Positions 26,773 through 35,898 of a stretch of 39,062 nucleotides of DNA are shown here, piece after piece. This DNA is from a virus. Lineage: Duplodnaviria; Caudoviricetes. Below the pieces are notes generated by a model. The model searched no databases. It was not told the DNA's origin and saw nothing but the letters and a program-made list of their open reading frames with translations. The DNA lies in the IMG/VR virus record IMGVR_UViG_3300036391_000025, positions 1 through 39,062 of that record; one strand, written 5' to 3'. The translations under genes and the position numbers were made by a program. How positions within the stretch are numbered: the first letter of the stretch is position 1; each line of letters starts with the position of its first letter.

Positions 26773-27617
26773 GCGTGTTCCTTTGCGATGAAGGGTTCGA
26801 GGCATTCCCAAGTCTTTGCGCCGACGATGCCGTCCACAGTCAATCCGCGTGCGCGCTGGAAGGTTTTGACCGCGCCTTCGGTGCCAGGGCCAAAGTCGGC
26901 GTCGATTGTCAGGGCGTAGTGACCAGAAGCGGCAAGCGCGCGCTGCAGCTGCTCGACCCGCGCAAAGTCATTGGAACCGCGACGGAGGGAGACGAAGCCT
27001 TGCTCCTTATCCATCAGGCCCGCCTGCAGCCGGGCGATAGTGGCTTTCGCCTTGGCAAGGCGGGCCGCGCGATCTGCCAGGCCGTTGGTGCCGCCATTCA
27101 CGCGCTTGGTGACGGCGATCAGGTCGTCGCGATCGGCGAGCGCGTTGAGGGATTTGGTGATCCAGAAGAAAAACACCGCCCATGCAGCCCACGGAAACAG
27201 CGCGACCAGCTCCGGCTGGGCTTCAAAGTCCGGGCAGTCCGGAATGATCTTGCGCAGCCACGCCGTGAAGAGCCGATAGTTCTCGCGGCCGGTTAGCTGG
27301 ATCGGGCCACGGCCCTTGAAACGCTTGCCGTCGCCCCGCCTGACATTCCCGAGATCCTCGCGGCCCTCATAGGCTGCGCCGGAAGCGTATTCCTCGGTGG
27401 TGCAGAACCCGTCGCTTTCATGAGCGACCTGCGCCAGCAGATGGTCGATGCGCAAAGCGGTGGTGCAGCCGAACTGCACCAGCATGCCCGGCAGAAGTGC
27501 GCCGAATTTCGAGATGATCTCGGTTTGCTTCTGTAGCCGCTTGCCGGAAACCTTCGGCGCGATCGCGCCAAGAACCTTGGCATCGATCAGCGACGCGAGG
27601 CTGACGTTGATGGTCAT
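26769..27617 (-). CDS. Endolysin: GH19 catalytic domain plus C-terminal peptidoglycan-binding domain
   Basis: LAQVAHES, GDGKRFKGRGPIQLTGRENY, VNGGTNGL; DADFGPGTEGAVKTFQ...VDGIVG; SD GGGGA before ATG at 27617. Confidence 0.92.
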   Translation of the reverse strand: MTINVSLASLIDAKVLGAIAPKVSGKRLQKQTEIISKFGALLPGMLVQFGCTTALRIDHLLAQVAHESDGFCTTEEYASGAAYEGREDLGNVRRGDGKRFKGRGPIQLTGRENYRLFTAWLRKIIPDCPDFEAQPELVALFPWAAWAVFFFWITKSLNALADRDDLIAVTKRVNGGTNGLADRAARLAKAKATIARLQAGLMDKEQGFVSLRRGSNDFARVEQLQRALAASGHYALTIDADFGPGTEGAVKTFQRARGLTVDGIVGAKTWECLEPFIAKEHA

Positions 27618-27698
27618 AGAGATGTCCCCAATTCGCGGCACATGGACATGCCGTGCCGGTGTCTGAAGGGGACAGTGGCGGATCGCCGCCGCGCAGTA

Positions 27699-27720
27699 AG
27701 GGGTCCGAAATCGGACCACC
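27699..27720. promoter_or_regulatory. Late-promoter palindrome, copy 3 (lysis operon)
   Basis: AGGGGTCCG-AAAT-CGGACCACC, abutting the stop codon of the activator gene. Confidence 0.75.
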
Positions 27721-28127
27721 TATTCCTTGTCGAAGAGGTCGCGCTGCTTGGGGGATTTGGCCGGCTTGGCGATCTTGCGCCGCGTGTCGGTGACTGTCGA
27801 TCGGGAAATACCGATGGACTTGGAGATCTTGCGGATGGACCAGCCGTTCTCGGTCATCTCCGCGATCGCCATGCGCCGCCGCCGCTTTTGTCCGCCAAGT
27901 GCTGGCGCAATGTCAAGATGCCCGGCAAAGCGTTTGGCGATCTTATAGGCGGCTTCGTCGCCGACCAGCTTGATCAGCCAGTGATCGCCCGGCAATGTCT
28001 TTGGAATGTAGATGCGCTGGCAGGCTTTTTCGCGAGCGAGAATGATGGCGGCGCGTTCGCCAGCAACCTCGGCAATTTCGTTGAGCAGTGGTGACAGCCA
28101 CGAACGGTCTGGGAGATGATCGCTCAT
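27720..28127 (-). CDS. Mor/C-family late transcription activator
   Basis: IAEVAGERAA...IYIPK dimerisation region plus C-terminal HTH (WSIRKISKSIGISRSTV); precedes the lysis genes. Confidence 0.8.
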   Translation of the reverse strand: MSDHLPDRSWLSPLLNEIAEVAGERAAIILAREKACQRIYIPKTLPGDHWLIKLVGDEAAYKIAKRFAGHLDIAPALGGQKRRRRMAIAEMTENGWSIRKISKSIGISRSTVTDTRRKIAKPAKSPKQRDLFDKE

Positions 28128-28321
28128 GGGCGCGTCCTTCCGAAGATTGCCAGCTCTAGCCGCATCTGTTCAGCGGTCAGCAGCGCCACCTTCTGCTGTG
28201 TGCGGATGCGCGAATGTGCATCCATACGGACGGTTTGAAGCCGTCTCAAAAGGGCCTCCCGCTTCGCTTTGACGGCGGCAAGCTCAGTGCTGTCGAACAG
28301 AGGAAGGGAGGCCGGTGTCAT
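28124..28321 (-). CDS. Small hypothetical protein
   Basis: 65 aa; ATGA overlap with the activator gene. Confidence 0.65.
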   Translation of the reverse strand: MTPASLPLFDSTELAAVKAKREALLRRLQTVRMDAHSRIRTQQKVALLTAEQMRLELAIFGRTRP

Positions 28322-28395
28322 GTTCGTGCATCCCGAGAGTTGCATTCCGCAGAGCGCCGACTATCAATGCAACTCATATTGAAGGGGAGAATTAA

Positions 28396-28773
28396 ATGGC
28401 ATTGATGACGTGTGTTGACTGCAAGGGCGTAGTGTCGGGCGAGGCGCTTTCGTGCATTCACTGTGGGAAGCCCTACACGCAAAGGGGGCCGGGATTTTTC
28501 GGTGCTATTTGCGGTCTGCTTTTCCTTGCTTATCTGGTCATCACAGGACTGATTATCGGTTCTCTGGCGCTGCGGGCGCTCATCACATGGCAGGGAATAA
28601 GGGAGCTTCCCACCAGTACGGAACTGCTCGTGTTCTTGTCGTGGATACTCACAGTGTTCACCGGTGGTCTGTTGATTTCCTTCTTCGGTCTGAAACCGCA
28701 AAAAGACCGACGGGCTAGAACGGCACTGTCCGAAGATGGCCTCAAGCAATTCATGGCCGGACTGAAGAACTGA
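28396..28773 (+). CDS. Zinc-ribbon membrane protein (moron, opposite strand)
   Basis: CxxC...CxxC N-terminus, two TM helices, strong SD GAAGGGGAG. Confidence 0.8.
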   Translation: MALMTCVDCKGVVSGEALSCIHCGKPYTQRGPGFFGAICGLLFLAYLVITGLIIGSLALRALITWQGIRELPTSTELLVFLSWILTVFTGGLLISFFGLKPQKDRRARTALSEDGLKQFMAGLKN

Positions 28774-28829
28774 GATTGGTCTCGCTGCCGATGCAGTGGA
28801 TTGCTCAATGCAAGTGCGGTTGGGGCTTT

Positions 28830-29264
28830 TCAAAGTGATATCCCCCAGCCGATCAGAACGCCGTCGAATGATCCGGCACCATGATTGTCGAGCCAGAAGC
28901 GGCCCATGTTTTCGCGGGCAGTCTTGCCGGTCATGCCACAAGCGAGCGAGTTGATGTGCTCCGGCGCAAAGCCGTCTGCTCGGGCGAAGGCTTCGATCTC
29001 GTCACGATGAAGGACGCTGCCATCGATCTCGATCGAGGCGATGCCGCCGACCAACGTGTTCGTTTGTATGTTGATTGAGGAAACAAACAAACACGTCGGA
29101 TCGATGCCGAGCAGCTTGCGGCAATGACGTGTCCGCATGCCGACAAACAGCTGCAATGCTTCGCCTGGGCGAGCATGCCGTCGCCGATCGGCGCGGACTG
29201 TCTGGGTTATGACACGGGTTTCGATCTGCGGAGCGAAGACCGGTTTGAAGGAATAGGCGACCAT
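28830..29264 (-). CDS. ASCH/PUA-like domain protein
   Basis: MVAYSF, TQTVR, ARPGEALQLFVGMRT, FARADGF. Confidence 0.75.
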   Translation of the reverse strand: MVAYSFKPVFAPQIETRVITQTVRADRRRHARPGEALQLFVGMRTRHCRKLLGIDPTCLFVSSINIQTNTLVGGIASIEIDGSVLHRDEIEAFARADGFAPEHINSLACGMTGKTARENMGRFWLDNHGAGSFDGVLIGWGISL

Positions 29265-29917
29265 TATTTGCCCGCCTTCTTCAAAGCACGAACCTGCTCG
29301 CCGAGCGAATTCATGACTTTCTGCCAAGCGGCGGGTGAGACGTTGACCAGCATGCCGACCGCGTCTGGCCCGGCGATCGTCAGCGCCGCATCGTCGAAAC
29401 CCTTGCGCATCATTATAGATGCGGCCGGATTGAGCAGCTTCCATTGCGCCCACGCGATCTTCGCGCCGTCAGGAGCCATCCAGTCATAACCGTTCGTATT
29501 GCCGAATCCCACGCCGGCCTCCCGGCGTAACCATGCCTTCAGACCCTCGATCGCCGCCCTTGCGTCGTCGGCGTAATGTAGAAACCGGGTGTGATCGATA
29601 CCCGTCTGTCCCTTGACGAAAACGAGCATGGCGCTGTCATCGCGGTTCTTGATGACACCGAGATTGTATCCGGCGATCCAGAGTGCCTGCAGCTTCTTGG
29701 CAAATTTGCCGGTGAGTTTCTGACGGCCGTCCTGGCGACGTTCAACCGGCTTGAAGCCGTTCTGACGGAATGCGGCAATAACCGTTTGGCGCTCCTCCTC
29801 GGTCATATCCTTGACCGAGGATTTGCCGGTGATGATCTGCAGCTTGGCGCGATAGGTGTCTTCGTCCAGGCCGAGCTGCTTCTTCGCGACGTGTATGGCG
29901 GCGATCGAGGAGGTCAT
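29264..29917 (-). CDS. gemA: GemA (Mu gp16, DUF1018)
   Basis: IHVAKKQLGLDEDTYRAKL..ITGKSS, KLQALW, IEGLKAW. Confidence 0.9.
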   Translation of the reverse strand: MTSSIAAIHVAKKQLGLDEDTYRAKLQIITGKSSVKDMTEEERQTVIAAFRQNGFKPVERRQDGRQKLTGKFAKKLQALWIAGYNLGVIKNRDDSAMLVFVKGQTGIDHTRFLHYADDARAAIEGLKAWLRREAGVGFGNTNGYDWMAPDGAKIAWAQWKLLNPAASIMMRKGFDDAALTIAGPDAVGMLVNVSPAAWQKVMNSLGEQVRALKKAGK

Positions 29918-30318
29918 GGTGTGCCCCCGTTCGTGAGAGCAAATGTGCGTACGGTGACGACCTTCTCTTCCTCTTTACAGGTGAGGTCGTAGGCGTGGCA
30001 GACCCAGTCAATTTCCTCTGGGTTGGCGTGCTTGCCGCCACCGTACCAGTATGTCCATCCCACCCATGATCCGTCAGCGAACTGTGCCGCTACGCCTTTT
30101 GCTTCTAAATGACGGCTGAATGGGCAGGGAAGGTTGGTTTCGACTTGGCCACCGCGCACTTCACCCATTGCATCCCAGTGGTCGCCATTTTCTGCAAGCT
30201 GCTCGTAGGCTTGATCGATTTCGGCCCCGCTCACGGCCCGGTGATCGTAGACTTCGCCGTCGCTCAGGTTCGCATGAGCCGCGAGGATCATGTATTTCAA
30301 TTTCTGTTCTGGGCTCAT
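29914..30318 (-). CDS. Hypothetical phage protein
   Basis: Overlapping start/stop with both neighbours; DGSWVGWTYWYGGGKH. Confidence 0.75.
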   Translation of the reverse strand: MSPEQKLKYMILAAHANLSDGEVYDHRAVSGAEIDQAYEQLAENGDHWDAMGEVRGGQVETNLPCPFSRHLEAKGVAAQFADGSWVGWTYWYGGGKHANPEEIDWVCHAYDLTCKEEEKVVTVRTFALTNGGTP

Positions 30319-30509
30319 GACAGCTCCTCCCAAAGCAGTTTGGCCGCAACGGTGACGTTGAACTCTGTGATTTCGTCAGCGCCGTTCTCCAAACCCCGCG
30401 TGATTGGAACCGACGATGTTCCGCCACCGCAGACGACGGGAATGCCCTGACGCAGATATTCGTCGATCATGAAGGCTTCGATTTCCTTGGCGTCGCGGAA
30501 GTGCCTCAT
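30315..30509 (-). CDS. Small hypothetical protein
   Basis: SD GGAGG; ATGA overlaps on both sides. Confidence 0.65.
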   Translation of the reverse strand: MRHFRDAKEIEAFMIDEYLRQGIPVVCGGGTSSVPITRGLENGADEITEFNVTVAAKLLWEELS

Positions 30510-30784
30510 GATGCACCTCCGAGGGCATTGGCCAGCGCCAGGGCGCGATGGTCGGCTTCGATGATTTCGCGATCGAGGTAATCCGCGGCTAAATTCGAAG
30601 GGCCGGGGCACGGCAGTAGGCAGCCGATCGGCCGGCCGGGATCGACGAAGAAGATGGCGCCGCATGAAAACGGCACCTTCCGGTTCTTGCGGCCGCCGAG
30701 CGGCGTATCGCGTGTCGCGCCGCATGACGGGCAGTTGGTGACGCTGTCGAGCTTGGCAATGCGCTTGGATGTCATGATATCCAT
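30506..30784 (-). CDS. Small Cys-containing (putative Zn-binding) protein
   Basis: CPSCG and further Cys residues; coupled to neighbours. Confidence 0.6.
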   Translation of the reverse strand: MDIMTSKRIAKLDSVTNCPSCGATRDTPLGGRKNRKVPFSCGAIFFVDPGRPIGCLLPCPGPSNLAADYLDREIIEADHRALALANALGGAS

Positions 30785-31227
30785 CACGCACCTGCCTTCT
30801 TCTCGGCACGAAGCCGCGCTTCGTCGTGAAGGCGTTCGGCGAGTGCCAGTGTTTTCGGGAGCACTTCGTCGATGGTCTCGCAGTAGAGCCATGCAAGCTG
30901 GACGTAGCCCCACCCCGAATAATAGGCTGTGCTGCCGTCTTTGTAGCGACGGATGCAAATCTCAGCGAAGACGATGAAGCCCGTCCGGCCGGCAAGCTGC
31001 CACTGTTCGGCGAACGCCCCGGCCTGGAGCTTGTCGTCGTCGAAGTCTTCGGCCTCTGCGACTGGAACAAGTTCCGAATGTGACGCGATGATTTCGCTCA
31101 CATAGATGTTGTCGTAGTTTCCGGCAAACTCGATAAGCCATTTGGGCGGATACTCGGGATCGCCAATCATTCCGATTGGATAGATTGCGGCGACCCGTGC
31201 CTCAGCATCATGCAGGTTTGTGTACAT
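30784..31227 (-). CDS. Hypothetical phage protein
   Basis: ATG at 31227 after GAGGG; operon context. Confidence 0.7.
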   Translation of the reverse strand: MYTNLHDAEARVAAIYPIGMIGDPEYPPKWLIEFAGNYDNIYVSEIIASHSELVPVAEAEDFDDDKLQAGAFAEQWQLAGRTGFIVFAEICIRRYKDGSTAYYSGWGYVQLAWLYCETIDEVLPKTLALAERLHDEARLRAEKKAGA

Positions 31228-31237
31228 CGTCCCGCCC

Positions 31238-31891
31238 TCACGCTTTCGCAATGTTGACGGTGACAGCGGTCCAATCGTCCTGCAGAGACCTGCGGAAATG
31301 GAAGCTGACATACTGCTTAGAATAGAGGACCTCGACAGCATCGCTAATCGCCCGCATCGCTTCCAGCCAACGTGGGTCGGTGATGTCCAGCGAAGCCAGC
31401 TTACGGATTTCCTTGATGTTGACCTTGCCCTCCTTGTCGGTGTCAAAGGCCTTGGTGATGATCGCGCGGATCTCCGGGCGTCCTTCCGATGACCACTCCA
31501 TCATGCATTCGTCGATCAGCCGCTTGCCGACCTGCAGTTCCGGGCCAAGACGCTCGAAATCGCCGATGCTGACCTTGATCCGCATCAGGCCGTCGATGGT
31601 GTAATAGGTCCGGTTGCCTTTCGGCCCACCGGGCTTCGCGCCGTATTCCTGTTCAAGCAGCGCGTCGAGGCCGTCCAGGTCGTTCATGGATTTCGCCCGG
31701 AACCGGCCGATCTGCGCCGAGATGTCCATGGCGTAAGCCATGACCTTTCGCACTGTCTCGTCCTGCAGCTTGTCGGATGCCTTCACCAGTTCAAGCGGCA
31801 CGAACGCGCCCTTGGCGTTCGACATGTATTCCTTGCCGTTGATGACGGTGATGCCGAGTGCGGCTCTCTCTTCGAGAATGACTGCTTCCAT
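31238..31891 (-). CDS. DUF3164 family protein
   Basis: YMSNAKGAFVP, GGPKGNRT, GPELQVGKRLIDEC, AFDTDKEG. Confidence 0.88.
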   Translation of the reverse strand: MEAVILEERAALGITVINGKEYMSNAKGAFVPLELVKASDKLQDETVRKVMAYAMDISAQIGRFRAKSMNDLDGLDALLEQEYGAKPGGPKGNRTYYTIDGLMRIKVSIGDFERLGPELQVGKRLIDECMMEWSSEGRPEIRAIITKAFDTDKEGKVNIKEIRKLASLDITDPRWLEAMRAISDAVEVLYSKQYVSFHFRRSLQDDWTAVTVNIAKA

Positions 31892-31893
31892 TT

Positions 31894-32196
31894 TTATAGT
31901 CCCTTTTTGAAGGCGAGATATGCCTTGTTGAAGCCCTTCGCGGCGGCGATCAGATTGCCGATCGCCGCCCCTTCAGCTTTGCTGTGCTGTGAATTTTCAA
32001 ACCGAATGACGGCCGTAGACATGTTCGCCATCGCCTGTGCCACGCCCGGTGGAAGAGTGTTGAAACGACCAAGTTCACGTGCGCGGAGATCCGCAACGCG
32101 GCTACTCACGATGTCTTCGATTTCCGGCTGCAGAGTGTTCAATGCGTCGGCAACCGGCATCTGGACCGTCAGGGTGATAGTGTCGGAGCGCTTCAT
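31894..32196 (-). CDS. Hypothetical protein
   Basis: Operon coupling. Confidence 0.7.
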   Translation of the reverse strand: MKRSDTITLTVQMPVADALNTLQPEIEDIVSSRVADLRARELGRFNTLPPGVAQAMANMSTAVIRFENSQHSKAEGAAIGNLIAAAKGFNKAYLAFKKGL

Positions 32197-32486
32197 GCCG
32201 CGTCACCGCCGTCTGGTGTTGAAGACACCAGCCGAAGTTTGGGCCGTAGCGGCGTGACGTTGCTTGGCTTCGGAGCGGTGGGCGGAAAAGGATGAGCGCG
32301 CAGCTGTGTTTCGAGGATTTCGCTCTCTTCCTCCAATTCGCGCGTCAACTCGGCACAAGTGCGGAGTTGAGCGATGAAGTGGCTGTAGGCCGTGTCGGTA
32401 ACGCGGCGACCGGGCTTCATCAGCGCGGCAAACGTGCTGCGTACATCGTCGATGTGAGCGGAAGGCTTCCAGCATTCGCGGCTCAT
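32193..32486 (-). CDS. Hypothetical protein
   Basis: SD GGGAGG; ATGA overlaps. Confidence 0.7.
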   Translation of the reverse strand: MSRECWKPSAHIDDVRSTFAALMKPGRRVTDTAYSHFIAQLRTCAELTRELEEESEILETQLRAHPFPPTAPKPSNVTPLRPKLRLVSSTPDGGDAA

Positions 32487-32776
32487 GACTTCCTCCCGAA
32501 ATCAGGCGTCACGACATTGCCATCGACGGCCGGCAGCATGTCGGTCAGGAGTTCCGTTGCTTCATCCTCGACAAAGCTGCCGGCCTGGCGGCCAGCTTCC
32601 ATGTCGCGAAGGCAACGCACCTCGATTTCAAGGTTCGTTGCCAGCGAGTGAAGCGTGCGCATGATTTCGAGCAGCTTGAGCAGCTCGGCCTGCTCGATCG
32701 TGACGCCCTCGGAGCTATCCTCGACACCGGTGAAATTGCTGATGACTGCCTGCAGGCCGCTGCTGAGTTCCGTCAT
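32483..32776 (-). CDS. Hypothetical protein
   Basis: ATG at 32776 overlaps the MuB stop; SD GGAG. Confidence 0.7.
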   Translation of the reverse strand: MTELSSGLQAVISNFTGVEDSSEGVTIEQAELLKLLEIMRTLHSLATNLEIEVRCLRDMEAGRQAGSFVEDEATELLTDMLPAVDGNVVTPDFGRKS

Positions 32777-33792
32777 GAGATGTCTCCCATGTCGCGGTTG
32801 CGCCAAGCGGCCACCAAATAGTTGAGCGAGAGATCTTCGCCGGAACCGAGCGAGGCCATCATTGCCGCCTTGATGGTGCGATCGATATTGCGCAACGCGC
32901 CGGGTTTCGTGGCGATGTTGTGCAGGAAGTTCACGCAGTCCTGTTCAGCAATGTTCCATGCCTCGATCAGGACAGTCGCATCATGAACCGGGTCGCGCTC
33001 GCGCTTCAGCCGTCGATCGAAGCGGGTGGCGACCTGCGCCCGGCTGGCAACCGATCCCTTGTCCTTGACGAAGGAAACGGCTGTATCTTCGTTGCCGATC
33101 AGGGTCACACCGCATTTGTTGATATCGACGAAGTGCCGGATCTGGTTGATGGCCTCGGGAACGAGGTTCTGGGCTTCGTCGATGACGAGGAGTGTGCCGT
33201 CACCAATCCGCTGCAGCTTGCGGCCGATCGCGCGGGCAAGCCGTGCAGGGTTGTGCTCCTGGACGTCCAGTTCGGCAGCGATCTCGACCAGCATGCCATG
33301 AACAGTCTTGGTGTTCGGGCTGATCGTCGCGAGCCAAGCGTGCGGGCGGGTAGCGCAGAAGTGCCGCGCTGTGGTCGTTTTGCCGGTACCCGATGGCAGC
33401 GTGATCGCGGTGAAGCCAGCTGTCATCTGGGTGAACAGCAGCACGTTATAAACATCGGCCCCAACATAGGTTTTCACGAAGTTGGGCGAAACCGGGATGC
33501 TGGCTGCGATGCTGGCGCTCTCTTCCAACGCTTCCAGCCAGTTGCTGACCTGGTCGTTGATGTTGGCCAGGACACCCGGATAATTGCCGTTCGAGAACTG
33601 CGAGAACGTGCCGTCCTTGATCCCGGCGCGGCGGGCGACTTCGGCCTTGTTCCAGCCATTGGCGGATGCTGCATCTATGACGCGGGACAAGAGCTTGCGC
33701 CACGTATCGACATCTTCCTGAGAATGGCGCTTGAGAAACTCTGGGGTTGGTGTCGGGAAGACCCAGCTTATTGCGCTAGTCGGTTTATTCAT
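32773..33792 (-). CDS. MuB-like transposition AAA+ ATPase
   Basis: N-terminal HTH, Walker A PSGTGKT, Walker B LLVIDEAQ. Confidence 0.93.
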   Translation of the reverse strand: MNKPTSAISWVFPTPTPEFLKRHSQEDVDTWRKLLSRVIDAASANGWNKAEVARRAGIKDGTFSQFSNGNYPGVLANINDQVSNWLEALEESASIAASIPVSPNFVKTYVGADVYNVLLFTQMTAGFTAITLPSGTGKTTTARHFCATRPHAWLATISPNTKTVHGMLVEIAAELDVQEHNPARLARAIGRKLQRIGDGTLLVIDEAQNLVPEAINQIRHFVDINKCGVTLIGNEDTAVSFVKDKGSVASRAQVATRFDRRLKRERDPVHDATVLIEAWNIAEQDCVNFLHNIATKPGALRNIDRTIKAAMMASLGSGEDLSLNYLVAAWRNRDMGDIS

Positions 33793-33819
33793 TTACATGG
33801 TTCCTTGCTTTTGATTGAC

Positions 33820-33851
33820 GGGCGGGCCTTTTTGACCCGCCCTATTTTTTT
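33820..33851 (+). terminator. Terminator-like hairpin with T-tract on the + strand, between A and B
   Basis: GGGCGGG-N9-CCCGCCC-TATTTTTTT. Confidence 0.5.
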
Positions 33852-33867
33852 GGTGGAACCGTACGCA

Positions 33868-35898
33868 TTACTTTTCGGCTCTGCTTTTACGCCCGGACGC
33901 AGTACCTGCCGGGCGATCCCCTTTCGGGAATTGGAGAATGGCGGCGTCGCCACCACCAGCCAGGCGCGCGAGGCCCCGGCTGAAATTGTCTTCAAACTGC
34001 TGCTCATCGATCTCGCCGTCCGCCAGATAGGCAACGTTGGTTGCAACCGGCGTCTTGGTGATGAGGCGGGTAACAGTCGGACGAGATGGTTTGTCAGCCT
34101 GCGCCTTCGCGGCCTTCGCGCCGCGACCCATCAACTCGGTAAGCTGAAGGTCGGAGAGGCGCTTGGCGCTCTTGAGCGCGGCGGTATCGTCCTTCTTCTT
34201 GGTGGAGCGTGCGCGGGCGATCTCGCGGGCGGCTGCAGCGCAATCGAAACCGGTCCTGTCGATGCAGTCGGCGTCACAAAGGAAGCGTCCCTGCGGATCG
34301 TAGATTTTGATTGAACCGTGCAAGTCTGCAGGATCGAAACGGACGGTCAGTTTCTTGCCGATCCATTGATTGAGGGTGCTATTCCAGTAGCGATTGTCGA
34401 ACAGGTGGATTGCGCCATCGGGCTTGCGCGCCGTCACGGTCTCGGCCGTCAGCATCCACAGTGAACGCTGCGACGGGCTGGCAAAGCGCACGAGGTTCGC
34501 CGGGTCGGCCATGCTGGCGGCAAACACCTGCTCGAAACTCTGACCCTTGGCGGTCTCTGTCTTGCGATCGACGCGGGCGTTGTGTTCTTCGATGCACATG
34601 CCGACATGGGCTTCCAGTTCGGCGACCGGAACTGCCCGCTTGCCGTAGTTCTCTGGCTTGTGCTGTGTGCTGCGGCCGGTGTAGCAGCCCGACATCGCCG
34701 GATGCTTCGAGATGTTTTCGGCAAGATCGGACCATCCGCGTTCGATCGGCTTTGACTGACCGGAATACGGGTTGACGAAGCGGGCTTCGATTCCGAGCGT
34801 CTTCAGGAGACCCGCGACCTCGTCTTCCGTGATCTTGAAACGGTTACGCTTCTTCGCTCCACCGGAAATCTTCTTCGACGCAAAGGCCCGGCCGTTGTCC
34901 ATGTAGAGGCGTTCGGGAATGCCGTGCACCTCGACCATGTTGCCGACGATGGTGCGCACCGCCTCCCATGTTTCCGCCTCGCAAAGCACCCATGACAGGA
35001 TTTTGCGCGAATACAGGTCCTGCGTTGCCATCAGGAAGACGCGGCCCCACTTCTCGCGGCCGGGGAACGATACATGCAGGTCGAGCTTGTGACCGTCGGT
35101 GTTGACCATCTGCATGGCGAAGAGATGCGCAACGGAGCGTTGCTGCGATGGAAACAGCTTCTTCGCCTCTTCCTTGCCTTTGCGGGCAAGGATCTGGACC
35201 GCCTTCGGGACGAGGATATCCATGCGACGGCGAAGTGTGCGTTCGCAGGGTACCGGTGCCCACCCCTTCTTCTTGGCGACATCAACGGCGCGCCGGTAGC
35301 AAGCGGAGAACGCGGCCCCTTCGGGACGTAGGAAGTCGGATACGAGCACGTCCCAGGCATCGGGATGGCATTCGGTCAATTCTGAGACAACTCCCGCTGC
35401 GATGGACGAGGTGGACGGCGCAAGTGCTGCAAGCCAGTCCTGCCGTGCATGTCCTTCGAGCAGCTCGCGCCACTCGTAGTATGTCGCGACGCCGATATCG
35501 GCCTTGCGTGTGCAGTGCTTCACGGCCTGGAGCGCCTTGATGCCGGAAACCTTCATCTCCTCGACTTCAACGATGAGGTCGAGGCGCTTGCGGCAGATGT
35601 CTTTCTGGGTGTCCGTCAAAGCCTCGAATTTGCGCCACAGCAGCTTCGAAGTGTCAGTGCGCTCCGGTGGCATTTCCGTGTTGAGGAATGCCAGCTTCTG
35701 ACGCGCTGTGCCCGGCAGGAGGCTGTAGTGATACTCGTAGCCGCCGCCGCCTTCGCGTCCTGCCTGCTTGCGCACCTTGTCGGTGTGTGCGCGCCAATTG
35801 TGGCGGGCGATGTGGCGCGTATAGCCGGAGGCATCCTGCGGCATTTCCGGCAGTTTCGCCGCAACCAATGCAGCAACTGTGAACCACTCCGCCTTCAT
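33868..35898 (-). CDS. MuA-like DDE transposase
   Basis: Mu-type HTH (GGGYEYHYSLLP); catalytic NTDGH, YMDNGRAF, SKPIERGW; C-terminal VRFDPADL. Confidence 0.95.
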   Translation of the reverse strand: MKAEWFTVAALVAAKLPEMPQDASGYTRHIARHNWRAHTDKVRKQAGREGGGGYEYHYSLLPGTARQKLAFLNTEMPPERTDTSKLLWRKFEALTDTQKDICRKRLDLIVEVEEMKVSGIKALQAVKHCTRKADIGVATYYEWRELLEGHARQDWLAALAPSTSSIAAGVVSELTECHPDAWDVLVSDFLRPEGAAFSACYRRAVDVAKKKGWAPVPCERTLRRRMDILVPKAVQILARKGKEEAKKLFPSQQRSVAHLFAMQMVNTDGHKLDLHVSFPGREKWGRVFLMATQDLYSRKILSWVLCEAETWEAVRTIVGNMVEVHGIPERLYMDNGRAFASKKISGGAKKRNRFKITEDEVAGLLKTLGIEARFVNPYSGQSKPIERGWSDLAENISKHPAMSGCYTGRSTQHKPENYGKRAVPVAELEAHVGMCIEEHNARVDRKTETAKGQSFEQVFAASMADPANLVRFASPSQRSLWMLTAETVTARKPDGAIHLFDNRYWNSTLNQWIGKKLTVRFDPADLHGSIKIYDPQGRFLCDADCIDRTGFDCAAAAREIARARSTKKKDDTAALKSAKRLSDLQLTELMGRGAKAAKAQADKPSRPTVTRLITKTPVATNVAYLADGEIDEQQFEDNFSRGLARLAGGGDAAILQFPKGDRPAGTASGRKSRAEK

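Noticed and set aside
33789-34046. ORF bridging the end of A to the start of B (possible frameshift extension)
   Set aside because: No convincing slippery heptamer before the A stop; the ORF is not in the B frame
32920-34314. 464-aa + strand ORF spanning MuB and MuA
   Set aside because: Antisense shadow of well-supported genes in high-GC DNA; no recognisable motifs
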